Shown here: positions 24,701-37,852 of the stretch, piece after piece
How positions within the stretch are numbered: position 1 is the first letter of the stretch
How the letters are laid out: every line of letters begins with the position of its first letter
Origin: Conidiobolus incongruus B7586
Lineage: Eukaryota
DNA: 49,901 nt
Assembly (NCBI GenBank): GCA_000697335.1
Contig: JNEM01013615.1
Coordinates: 1-49,901, forward strand
Direction: 5' to 3'
Made by a program: the position numbers and the translations under genes
Notes under the pieces: generated by a model
Told to the model about the DNA's origin: nothing
Seen by the model: only the letters and a program-made list of their open reading frames with translations
Database searches by the model: none

Positions 24701-27021
24701 ATGACTTAATTAAAATTTATGTTTTTTTCAATTTACACTCAAAACTATAATTCACTTTTTAATCATCTTTGATAATATCAAGTTTATTTTAGTTTATCCA
24801 ATTATTTTCTTCCAACTAGTATTTTTATCTTTTTTTATCATATATATCTCGCTCTAACATTCCTTATGTCCGATTTGATCTTCAATTATTGATCTAATAA
24901 AAAAATAATTTGTCGGTTATGATTTCATGTGAATTTTACATTCCTTGATATATTTTTATTTTTATTTTCATCCTCAAATTGTAAAATATAGTCCTTAAAT
25001 TATTTCTAATAATTCAACTTTTATATTAAAATTGAATAATAAACAAACTTTGTTCTGATTTGATCAGTCATTACTCTTTCAAAAATTGAGCATTCATTAA
25101 ATAGCGATTCATTTAGATGAAATGTTAATATGTGATTGATTTGATCAAACTAATAAAGAATAAAAATGTATTATGAATATTCTCAATATAAGTTTATCGG
25201 TTGGTTATTATTTTTAATATTTGAGCAATTTAAAATCAATTAATAATAATTGTTTTGGTAACTGTACAGATTTTAACTCTATCATTTTTCATGAATTTAT
25301 ACATTAAATTATTCACATAGTTAACTTTAATACATTATAGAATTATACATAATTTATATTGGAGAAATTTCCAATGACTTAATAATAATTCATGAATATC
25401 CAAGTTTTAATGATAAAATTTTTAACAAATAGCAGAATTATTATAACATTAAAATGATTTAATAGTTAAGATTTTTATTATATTATGAAGTAATATTCAT
25501 AATTGTTTATATCATATATAATTCACCTTGATTTAGATTAATTAATAAATTGATATTAAAATTTATATAAAATTTGATTATTATTAAATGGATCTAAAAA
25601 TATAAAGCTTTATAGTAAATTAAGTCAAATGAATTTAAATACCAAATCAAGTAGTTGAATTTTATTAATTGATTATTAATTTCAAAAGTTGGGGTAGAGG
25701 GAGAATATAAAAATTCCAACACTATGGTTTTTATAACTTGTTGAAAGCGAATTTTTAAAATTGATTTGAAATTAAAATACAACTGAACATATTCAAACAG
25801 TTTATTTTTGTAATATTAAAACGGTTTATATAACTTATTTGCATAATTATTAAAACAAACAAAATTTTCTAAATTAATTAAAAGCTATAATTATGTTAAC
25901 TTCATTGAAATCAAATAATTTAATTGTATTCTTTTTAGAAAGATAACTTTTTCCATTTTAAGTAATAAATTTCTATTATGATAGTAATATGAATGGATAT
26001 TAAAATTAATATTAACATTATCCCAATTGTATATACATAATATATTTTAATTCGATTATTGTAGTTATTATTTATTCAAATATATTTAAGCATTTCACTA
26101 AAACTTCATTGAATTTTTTATCCAAGTTTTATTAGTAATGATATATTGGATGGATAGAGATTTTTCAATTCAATAAATGTTCAAAAATTGCGTCATATAA
26201 GCTTAATAATGATATTTTAAGTATTATTTATTTATGATATAACTAATGTTCATATTATAGTCAACTGAATATACCTTTGAATTTTTTTATCATTTATTAA
26301 TTGCATAATACTTAATAATAATCTTCAATTTAAGTTTATAGATTACTTTATCCAGATTTCTTGCCTATTGTAACTAAACTATAACTCAAAAAAGTTAATA
26401 AACATTTGCATATTAATGTCTATAATGTATCACTCGGATGAAATCGGAATATTGTTATATATTTAATTAAAGATGATTAAAATTGCATTTCCAATTTATC
26501 AGTTGAAATTTATTACATGACGAGCCTTTAAATAAAAGAGAGCTTTGGTTAGCGTTGAATGGGTTGTAGATGTGATTTTCTCCAGGTTCATCTGCTGTAA
26601 ATTTATTAAACATTAAATTAATGAAATGAGATGGTGTTCATAAATGAAAAAAAGGTGGAAGTCGAGATGCAAAATTAAAATGAGAGTATTAGAGATAAAG
26701 AATATTCGTTAAACGTACATATTGTATTACAAATTATATTAAAAGTATAAAAACATCGGACTATTATATAGACCGTAAAATTACTAAAAATATACAATAT
26801 TTATATGTTAATGAATATTATGAGTTTTATTATTAATGATACAATTTTGAATGACAATCAATGTGACAACTTCAGTTGTCTTGGGTTTTCAACTGTAACA
26901 TTTATGTTCCAAACAGTTGATAGGATTTTAAACAACTTGTGAAATGATGAGATGTTAGTATAGTTGCTATTGGTTCTACCAATATACTCTTGATTATAGC
27001 AATAAATGTGTCAATAATTAA

Positions 27022-27342
27022 TTATATAGCTGAAATAGATTTTCTGGCCTTACGGAGGTTCTTCAGCGTAGAAAGTACTCGATTGGGGAAGTTCCTGGAC
27101 TGACTCCTTCTGGGAGGTGATTTGGCACTGTTTGTATCGAGGTTTAATTCAGTAACCATATCTATAGTAGACTGATGTGTAATTGGTACTCTGTTTGTGT
27201 TTTCAAACAGCCTGAAATTGACATCTTCGTTGAAGCTCACTCGCTTAGTACTAGGTGATTTGGAGCGGCTGCGAAGATGGGTGTCATTGTCAGACTCATC
27301 AACAAAAGATAAATCGAGAGAGGATCGTCGGGTCAGGGTCAT
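27022..27342 (-). CDS. Small disordered Ser/Arg-rich protein with RVxF (KRVSF) PP1-docking motif
   Basis: 106-aa ORF with coding-like GC content, A-rich context before the ATG, TATA-like element ~60 bp upstream (27401-27409); motifs RRSS, KRVSFNEDVNFRLF, SPPRRSQS. Confidence 0.6.
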   Translation of the reverse strand: MTLTRRSSLDLSFVDESDNDTHLRSRSKSPSTKRVSFNEDVNFRLFENTNRVPITHQSTIDMVTELNLDTNSAKSPPRRSQSRNFPNRVLSTLKNLRKARKSISAI

Positions 27343-30300
27343 ATTTACTGCAGCAAAAATAAAGACTAAAGTCTATGATCTCAGAAGGATGAGGCAATGC
27401 TTATATAATGATTTGATACCACCCACCATCTTAACTCCACCATTCTAAATAATTCCAATATTATGGATCATTCAAAAGGGGGGGGGGAATTTCCCAAATT
27501 CAAAATTTTATAATTTTATTTGTGTTTGCTATACTTGAAAAAAATGCTCTATTTCATCCAATATGGGCTTATATTTGCCTATTCCATCAGGTCTTGTGAG
27601 TAAATATAGGATCTGTTATCATCAAAGGGAGAATGATTCATACTTTATCGATTCTGATTGGTAACCATGAGGTTGGGAATTGCCTCCTTGATAAATACAG
27701 TCTTACTAAGAGATAAGAAAATCAAAGAAAGCGATAGTTTTGAAAAATATTAACTCGCAAGAGCTGCAATTGGATTTAAAAGCAAATGATTTGATATAAA
27801 TAATATAAAAGCCGAATGAACCAAGGAAGAAGGTTAGTACTTGGTTTTAAAAATTAATTAGCATTCTAGAATATTTCCACCCAATCTATTTTTACATTCT
27901 AAATTCCAGTCAAATGAAATTTCATTCGAACCAATGAACTGGTCTCTCACGAGTGTCATGTTGCTAAAAATTCCTTTTATAGCCATAGATGTACAAATGG
28001 GAGATTATAATATCCATTCATTCTGAATAGAACATTACACTTATCTATTCTTTTATTGTACTACTGCTATTTGATTATCTCAATTACATAAATTAAATAT
28101 TCATTAAGATTATCCATACATGTTAAAACTATACACAAGTATATAACTAGTTGATTATCTATATATATTATGGTGTTTACTATAGTCAATTAAATTTATC
28201 AAGCCTGAATCATATTGATAGCCTTGTAGGTATGTTCTATAAAAGGCAATCTATCTATATGGATGCAGTTTCAATTAGCTGGATATCTAAGACTTTATTA
28301 ATAATAAAAAATCGATAGCCCGATTTCTTAGGTCAGATTCTTCTATTTCTTAGTAATAACTATATACCTGTTCTAGTAGTACATATAGATTATGGTGACG
28401 AGTACTTGTGAATATTAATGTTGCGCACGTATTATTTTATTCTATGAATAATACCATATCCCGTAAAAATATAGATAATTTATTTTTAATACTACTATTA
28501 TTGATTAGTTAATATTCTACACTTACTAATAATAATTATCTCGGATTTCTGTGATTTTGAAAATCTTAAAGACCATGATTACTTATTTTGAAATTCTAAG
28601 TCCCAATAATAAGAGTTTCACCTCTTGATTATTGGAATTTAACTGACCAATTATATTTGACTACTTTAAATATAAATTGTATTAATCATAAACCACTTAA
28701 TTTGATATATTGCATATCTTTGATGTTTAATGGTGTAATTTGATAGAAATGCAATTCATCTTTATGATCTAGATGTGTTGATTTGTTATTATTGAAATAC
28801 GTTTCATAAATTACAAACCTAATTAATATCAAATGGCTCGAACCAATCCTCCAAGTTTGTAGTTTTGTATCAATTCAAAAATTTTGCCAAACGTGCAACT
28901 TTGATCACTGAAAAGAATTAGATTGTTTCGCTAGTTTTGTATAATCAAATATATATTACAAATTAATTTTTTAAACGATATTTTATATATTAAATAAAAA
29001 ACACAAATAGTTTCTTCATTCTAAATCTGCTATAACGCATTAATAATACTTTTCTTATTAATATATAATGGGTTTATAGATTAATTATATCAAAATAGAA
29101 GACATTAATAATCAATTGAATACATTTAGCATATATCTATATAAAAGTGTTAGTATTAATGAAGTGTTTAGAATAACTGGAATTTAATAGATTACGGTTA
29201 TAATTGATCTTTTCTGTATTGATTGAGCCTATTAAATATATTTTATATTCTTAATATGCTAAATAAGATTATATTAGCGAAATTGTGAATATAACTACTA
29301 GCTTGGATAAAAATTCTAAAATTTCTAATCTTATCTAAAATGTATGATATTAAATTTTTATATTATTTTTTCTTTGAAAAATTACAATATTTTATGAATA
29401 TGAAATAATTGAAAAAATATTTCGATAAGATGAATATTCACTATTTTGTTTTATAGATTATAAATATCCTAACCTTTAAGGTGATTTTGATAAAATATTG
29501 GTGGTGGTTATGTAAAAGTAAAGAGCTGAATTAATTTCATGTGTTATTAAGGTGATCAATCTTAAGAGATTTTAATGTATTCTATTCCAATAAATTTCAT
29601 TTCACTTTCCATATAATGATAGTATAATCAATTGGTACTACAAGTGTAGATATTAGAATAGTATGTACAAAAATAGAAAATACACAATTGAAGACATTGA
29701 ATCATGTATTCATTATATATATTGAATTAATAATATGTATCCTAAATTTAATAGATTTTTATATCAAATTTCCTATTAATTCATCATATTGAGTAATTTT
29801 TTATTATCAATTATTAATATGTTGGATCATAAATAAGGTTCAGTGTTTTTAAACAACCTTGAAAATATATTATAAAATTAGTATTGATGAAAGTGATAGA
29901 TTATATTGTTTTTAAAGACAAATACTTCGGATCAATTAAATTAATGTATGTAATATCAATTCATACTTTCCTATACTATGCCATTATAATATACATATTT
30001 TATTGATGAATATTTTGATAAAAATTTTTAGTTCAACTTCAAAGAAAATTATGATTTGAAAGCTAAATATTGACAATAAATTTTAAACTTGGTATTAATA
30101 GTCAAGGTAATCAAAGTAGGAAAATAAAAATAAATAAATTACAGTATTAAATTGCGATAAAATATATATTATATTTATCTATTTATTTTTATTGCTGATA
30201 TTAATATTATATATTTTTGAATATATTGAATGGTTATAAATTGGACTATTGAAAGAAGATGCCGTAATAAGAAAACTAGCCTTAAAAATTAGAATTTTTT

Positions 30301-30556
30301 AGTTCCTCTAAATTATCAAATGATTCATTTAATAATTATTAATTCATAATAATATAAAACCATGATTTTATTTTAATAGGTTTATAAATTATTCATAACA
30401 TAATAGTTTTTTAAACTTTAAATAAAAATGAATAAATTTATATTAAAAAATGAAAATATATTCCCATAAAAAATTAAATTAACTCGATATTAAATAATAA
30501 TTAATGCTTTTAATTAATGAATTTATACTGGTCAACTAAATGATACACTTAATAAA

Positions 30557-33500
30557 ATGGCAAATTCTAAACAAATAGAAAATGAAGACAGTTCAGATAA
30601 TGTTCAGTTGAAAAAGAGGTTGAAATATGATAATAGTACTAATGGAAGAACTCAAATGAATAATTCCAACCCTCAATCAATGTAATTCCCTACTAAATAT
30701 AACTGATATTGTTTGTTAACTTGTTGTAGTCAATTTATGATTGGTTCATTTAGAAGAGTTATTCTATAAGGGTTTGTTACTTATGAATATTATCAATTCT
30801 TTCCAGATCCTAATTTGAACATGATTACTGGCCCTAATGGTACTGGTAAATCTACCATCGTATATGGAATAGCTTTAGGGTTAGGGAGCTCTACAGCAGT
30901 TTTGGGAAGAGCTAAAGATGTTTATGACTTTGTCAAGCATGGTTATAAGGAGGCAAAGATTGAAATTACTTTGCAAGACAGAGACGATGCTAAAATTGCC
31001 ATATCATGAACAATTGACAAAGTTAAAAAATGTTCGATCTGGACAATTAATAAGATAACAAACCAAAAACAAGTTCTAAACACTGTTAGAAACCTTAACA
31101 TCCAGGTGGATAACTTGTATCAGTTTTTACCTTAAGATAAAGTATGCGAATTTGCTCAAATGACTCTTATCGAATTACTTCAAAGCACTCTTAAAGTGTC
31201 TGGATCGGTTGAACTTTCCGAAGACCACCAAAAACTTATTTTGTTAAGAAACGAGCAAAAAGGCCTTATTAAATCGATTGAAGAAGATTCAACCCATGTC
31301 AGAGTTTTAGAATCTAGGAATCGAAGTTTGAAGCAAGAAGTTGAAAGATTCAAAGAGAGAGGGAGCAGTATTTAAAAAGAATTGAGCTTTATAAATTCAG
31401 GATAATTTTGACTAAACATTCAAAAGCCAAGTTATTGTACAATCAACCTAGAATCGATCGTAAAAAAGTTCAAGATAAAGTTGCTAATTTGAATAACAAA
31501 TTGCTGCCATTAGCCAAAATTAAAAGGTATTTAGTATTATTACTACTTGTGGATTATTAAGCATTGATCTATTACAGTGAACAAGAAAAACGAATTAAAC
31601 TGCTTTCGGCTGTTCAAAACGATGTTGACTTAAAGGCTCAAAAGCAAGTCACTCAACTCAACAAATACACCAGCACAGTAGAAAAAATTCAGTCATCAAT
31701 TGAAGATGCTAAAAACCAACTCACCCAATTTGCAAACGATGCCATTGAGAGAAAGAAAAAGATTGTCAAGCTGAAGAATGAAATTGAGGGTTTAGAACAT
31801 CGTCTCAATGCAGGTCTTCCAGAAGAGATTGATTTAAATAAAATTAGAGCTAAATCAGTAGGATTTAATTCTCATTATTTCAACACCAGATAATAGCATC
31901 TATATAAATTTTCAGAATCAATTGAGAGAACGTCAAATAGAGTTAGAGCATCAGCTTCAAGAATCTAAAACTGAGCAAGGAAAAATAAGGAACCATAGCA
32001 GGGACCTTAAAGTAAAAATAAGTAATTTACAACATTAGTAAATTTAAAAGATTTATCATCTCATGTATATTATTAATTCATTGTTTAGATTTCGAGAACT
32101 TGATGATGTACAAAAACAAAAGGTACTGATGATGAAAAGTTTTCACTCCCCTTCTTATAATGCTCTAGTTTGGTTAAAAAATAATCAAACTGTGTTTCAT
32201 AAAATATACAATCCCATCTTTTTAGAGGTGATATAGCACTTGGTACTATTTGATCTATGCTTGATCTCTTATTCCTTAATGCTTAGAAGAGTCTCACTGA
32301 TTTGAATTATGCTAATGCTGTCGAATCTTGTATTGATGCAAATTATCTAAGGGTAATGCTAATCTGATTTTTAATAATTTTGAGGCTAAAACAAGGATTT
32401 TTAGACTTTTGTACGTTTTACAGAATCTGATTACCATAAATTTACGAGAGAGCTCATTGATATTCAAAGGTTCAAAGTTAATGTATCTTTTTTTAATCAT
32501 CGAAAGCTATCGGATTTTCGACCACCTGTACCAGTTGAATACATCAAGAAATTAGAATTCAATAACTATCTCATCAACTTTATCAAAGCCCCAGAACCTG
32601 TCCTCATCGCGCTATGTCAATTAGCCAATATCCATGCTATTGCAGTTGCCTTGAAAGCAGTTGACGATGAAAGAATTTCTAAGATAAAATGGCTCCAAGA
32701 TTATGTAGCTGAAAATACAAGATATATGATTAAGAGATCCGAGTATGGTACTAGGAGCGCGTCTGTCATTACAATTCATATTCCTCGTGCCAAATTATTA
32801 ATTCACAGTGCAAACTCTGAGAAGAAATTCGCTTTAGAAAAGAACATTATGGATATCAGAGATAAGATAACTGAAAATGAAGACAAGATTAAAAATTAAG
32901 CCAAGGCAATCAAAAGCTCGAGTCTCAAATTAACAAATTAGACACCAAACAACGCGAATACGAACAACAGAGACAAAAGCACCTTAAACTTAAAGAAAGC
33001 TATGATAAAGCTAAACTTGCTTTAGAAAATAAGAAATCAACCTTAAACTCACTCAGTCAGGAGTTGGACAGCTCTTCAGAAGATAGGATTAAAGAGAAGC
33101 TGAAACAGCTATGCGATCAATTGGGCAAGGCTGTTGTTAAAGCTAAGGATTTACCTTCTGCCTATACCGATTTGATTTTAGAATCTTGGAAGGAAAGGCT
33201 CAGGATACTTGAAGCGTCCTTAAAGCTCAAGACTCTTGAAAGAGCTGAAGAACAGTTTGATAAAATTCAACAGAAAACTCGCCAGATGCTTTCTAAAGCT
33301 CAAGTAGCATACGATAAAGCTAAAGCTGAGGCAACGGTGCTCATGAAAGAAGCAAACCAAGCAATCAATGACGCTGCTGAAGATCTTAAGCAGGAGCTTC
33401 AAACCTTCAGAACAGATGTTCCGCTACATCAGCTAGAAGATGACTTAGTTTCTGAGCAAGCTAAACTGAATCTGACGTTGAGTGCTAATGCAGATGTTAT

Positions 33501-34129
33501 TGAAGCTTATGAAAAACGTGTTGAAGAAATAGAGCAATTGCAAGAAAAGATTGTCTCCAATGAAAGAGAGCTAGCGAAAATCACCAAAAACTATTGAAGT
33601 TTTGCATCAGAAATGGGAGCCTAAAATTATGCAACTAGTTAAGAGCATCAATACTAACTTTACACAAGCTTTTCAAAGTATTGGGTGTATTGGTGAGGTT
33701 CAACTCGACAAAAATGAGGATTATAGTCAATGGGGAATCAATATTTTGGTGAAATTCAGTGATCATGAGAAACTTCAACTTCTCACAGGTCAAAGACAAC
33801 CTGGTGGAAAGCGATCAGTATCAACCATTATGTACTTGATTGCTATCCAAGAACTAGCTGCCTCTCCATTTCGTGTAGTGGACGAAATCAATCAGGGTAT
33901 GGACCCGAAGAACGAGAGAATGGTACATAGGCAGCTGGCCAATGTAGCATGTCGACCCGAAACTGCCCAATATTTCTTGATTACACCCAAACTGCTAACT
34001 AATTTAGAATACCATCCCAAAATGAAGCTTTTATGTATTTATAATGGGAATGGCAGCCTACTGACTTCGATACAAGGTAATATCTTTCGAAACTCATCTC
34101 AAAGAGTTATAAATAACCCAAAACATTAA
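30557..34129 (+). pseudogene. SMC5: Structural maintenance of chromosomes 5 (SMC5) pseudogene, full length, intron-containing
   Basis: Walker A GPNGTGKS, IQVDNLyQFLP*DKVCEFA, coiled coils, degenerate signature QRQPGGKRS (normally QSGGERS), Walker B PFRVVDEINQGMD, QYFLITPKLL. In-frame stops at 30767, 31007, 31133; frameshifts near 31365, 32900, 33597, 34047. Confidence 0.9.
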
Positions 34130-34377
34130 TTTTTATACTATCACATGATATATCATCCTACTACTTTATTTATACAATAATATTTAATATTAATTAAATA
34201 CTATTAATAACTAGCAACATTATTATTTTATAAGGACCATATATGTAAACTAGAATATAATATGATCAATTAATTTAATATCAAATATTGTCATTGATAC
34301 TCTAAATAAGTATAAAGCCGTAATTTTATTAATAAAATGTGATAAATTTTATTATATTGATTACGTATATACTAATG

Positions 34378-34380
<3 letters not shown>

Positions 34381-34409
<29 letters not shown>
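34381..34409. repeat. (TA)n microsatellite
   Basis: Uninterrupted TA dinucleotide run. Confidence 0.9.
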
Positions 34410-34411
<2 letters not shown>

Positions 34412-35181
34412 TTCAGAGTTTAGGCAAATCATTAAAATAAAGTATTTCAGATTTAGTTAAAGTAATTGATTATTGCCAGTAAAGTTGAATTTAACAACTT
34501 TCAGAATTTAAAGATGGCTACAACTTTATCATCAATAATCTGAATTATTTTATAATTTGAATGTTGAATATTTATATTTTTTTTTAAATTTAAAGCTGAA
34601 TAGTTTTCATATATCAATTGTATGCAATCCTAGTTCTATTGATCATAGTGAGATAATATATCTTGTATGAATCCATTATATAAAATAGAAATTGCAAAGT
34701 TGTTAAATACATCATTTTAAATTCTCTTTGATGGTTAAAATTTATTCAAGGTACATCCTCAATATGTTTTTGATTGATAAAATAATCAATTGTGAAATTA
34801 TGTTATTATGAAAAATGATTAAATAAGTTGATGCATTATTTTATTAATATTAAAAAAAATCCTATTATTTAAAAATACAATAAAGTAGTTTTAAAATCAT
34901 TAGTAAATTATTATTTTATATATTTGAGTTTTGCATTTAATAAAAGAGAAAAAATAGCTCCAAATCTGTTCCTAATTCTTATAATATTTAAATAGATAAG
35001 CCGACTATATTATTTAATTTGGCTTTATTACATACTATTTTTATAGATAAAAAGAGTCAATTTTCAGAATTATTATAATAAGTTCAATTTTTGATTATCA
35101 GAGGAATTTGAGTAAATAAATAGTTAATGAATTGAATAAAATTTACAATTATTGAATTCAACTTATAATATTGTGTTAAAT

Positions 35182-35900
35182 ATGCCTTTATAAATTATTA
35201 ATCACGGCCCGTAGTATATTCGATAGAAAATGTAACAATAAAAAATCTTTAATTAATATTAAATCAGAAAGTGGAAGAAGGTTGTATGATAAGGGAGATA
35301 TCTATGATGATAAATATTATATTATAATATTATTATATAGTTCAAATTATATTAATATTAGATTCGACCGATGTTTTTTGGGTAGTTTATGTCGGAGATC
35401 GATATTATACTACCATTATTATTAAAGATGCTGGCCATCAAGCTTATTGGGACAATTCATTCGAGTTGTAAGTATTTAATATATCTCAATTTATTTAGTA
35501 TTATTCTAACCTAATGATGCTGTTTCAAATAATGAAGTTCGAGTAGAATGCATGCATGATGATGGAAGTGATGTAGGTGAACTAATTGGTAGGGTTTATA
35601 TTCGAATGGATAATATTATTAAATATGGTGAAGTTGAGCAGTGGTACCAATTAGAAAAGAAAGAAGATTTTCGAGGATAAGTGAAATTGAAAGTGAGATA
35701 TCAAAAGGTATTGGTTTAGAATGTGAAATGAACGAATATATGATTAACGATTGTAGTAGAGTATGATTCAAACTCATATAACTCCATTCGCTGAGCCAAA
35801 GGTTGGAGGATTTGTTAGCAATCAAGATGGTTTTCAAAATCCTACAGGATATCCTCCATACCTTGGACTTTTCCTAATTTATAATGTATTTAAACATTGA
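35182..35900 (+). pseudogene. C2-domain protein pseudogene with Pro/Gly-containing tail
   Basis: Reconstructed ESGRRLYDKGDIY..STDVFWVVYVGDRYYTTIIIKDAGHQAYWDNSFEF/DAVSNNEVRVECMHDDGSDVGELIGRVYIRMDNIIKYGEVEQWYQLEKKEDFRG*VKLKVRY fits the C2 pattern. Stop at 35678-35680; the acceptor of the intron starting at 35468 reads ctaa instead of ctag (~35511-35514). Confidence 0.7.
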
Positions 35901-36229
35901 TTAGTACATAATTGGTTTATTATATTATTAATAAACTTATTTCTATTATTAATTTAATTAAAAGTGGCTCTATAACCAGTAATTTTAACTTTAATCATAC
36001 TAATTGTTATATACAACTACACAAGTTTAAAGATAAAAAATATATTATACTTAATATACACAAACATAATAATATTTAAATTATTATATTTTCTTATTAA
36101 CTATTGATATAAGCTTAGAAATTGATATGAAATTAGGTTTTATGAATTTCAATAATACTCTGTCATTAAAAATATTAGTGTAGAAATTAAGTAATAGCAC
36201 AATTTTAAGATTGAAATTAAACAAATAAA

Positions 36230-37260
36230 TTAATAAATAATATATAAAAATTAATGAATAATATAAAATTAATAACCTTTTTTATTATTAATAATTCTTT
36301 TCTATACCTTTAGTAAGCTTCTAATACTTAAAAAACAATTTTTTTATTAAAGACTGAAATTTAATGTTTTACAAACTAATTTAATTTGTTTATAGGAATT
36401 TTTTTTCTTATAAGCTGTTTTTTAATTGTCTAAAACAATTATAATTATATAAGTTATAATCAAATAAATATATTAAATGTAATAACTCCCTTTAATTTTT
36501 TTTATATAAGAAATCTTTTATAGTTTTAGTTTTATGCATTTTATAATTATTATATAAAATAATAAGTGTTTTTAATTTATATTGAGGATATTATTTAAAA
36601 ATTATTTTATTTAAAAAAATAATATATAATTTACTATTAATTAATTTTCTTTGAGGTATTAAATAAAAAAACTATATACCATTATAATTTATTATAATAA
36701 TTAACATTTATTTATATTTAAAGTATTAATTTATTAGAATTTGTAGAAAAAATTAATTTAGTTTAATTTAACATTTTATTTTATTTTTAAATAAAAGATT
36801 ATATAAAAATTTTTAATTTATTAATTATAAATATTTATTGTAAAAACTTTTATTTTTAGTTATACCTTAATAAGTTTAATTTAACTATAACTACTTTAAT
36901 TTTCTTTTAAGCTTTTATTAAATCATAAGGTATCTATTTTATATTTTTATTAATTAATCTAAGTTTAAATTTAAGTAAATGTAATATATTTGTATAATTT
37001 ATATTAAATTACTTTAATAATTTTTTAACAAAAATAAAAAAGTATTTCTTAATATATTTTTTTACTTTATTAATAAGTAAAAGAATAACAGTAGAAATTA
37101 ATTTTTTAGATTTTAGTAAATTTTAAATAATATCCTTTTTAATTTTAAAATCACAAATCTAATAATATATAGTAGTTTTAAATAAAACACCATCTTTATA
37201 AACTATTTGTAAGTTTTAAATAATTTTAAAAGGTTTATAATTAAGTTTTAAAAATACAAA
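36230..37260 (-). mobile_element. Highly AT-eroded repeat, possibly a Ty3/gypsy pol remnant
   Basis: Second copy of the repeat at 1-300. Minus-strand translation with many stops retains gypsy-like spacing: KKYIKKYFFIF..L...H.LKF...K*IPYDL..*KKIK (pre-RT), KTIKDF..KN*RELL (RT thumb), KLT.GIEKNY***K (RNase H-like). The repeat is certain; the family is tentative. Confidence 0.45.
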
Positions 37261-37397
37261 AATAAAAACCTTTTGATAATTATAATCTAATTCAAATATA
37301 ATTAAATTTAAGTGTAAATTTTAAAATCAAAATATTTTAATAAAATAATAATTAAAATTGAATATATATATATATAGTTTGAAAATATTTATTTTCC

Positions 37398-37404
<7 letters not shown>

Positions 37405-37428
<24 letters not shown>
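37405..37428. repeat. (TA)n microsatellite
   Basis: TA dinucleotide run. Confidence 0.85.
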
Positions 37429-37852
37429 ATCTTTCAAAATGTATAATATGTTTGAAAGATTAGAAATTAAAAAATTTCCCATTTCTTAATTTCTATACTA
37501 ATAATTACAGAATCCACTTCAAGAATATGTAAATATTTAATCTATATTAATGAAAGCTCAATATTATAATTGGAATACATGATTTTATATATTTCAGCAC
37601 TATACCATTATCTAGTACTTTATCATATTATATTTACTGATTTACACCATTTGAAATATTTATCATTTTGAAATTTATTTATGATATTGAAAAAATTATT
37701 TATTTGAGATTGATGATATATGTGTTGATGATTTTGAATAACAAAGTATCAATATAAATGAGTTAAATTTGCAGAATATCATACATGAAAAAATCACACT
37801 TAATTCCTAATAATGATGATATTGAATGAGTTAATGAAGATTATATGAAAAT

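Noticed and set aside
30767..31135. Stop-codon reassignment or readthrough rescuing SMC5
   Set aside because: Both TAA and TGA occur internally, frameshifts accompany them, and intact genes here end with TAA, TAG and TGA normally.
35619..35837. 72-aa minus-strand ORF
   Set aside because: Antisense to the C2-domain pseudogene.
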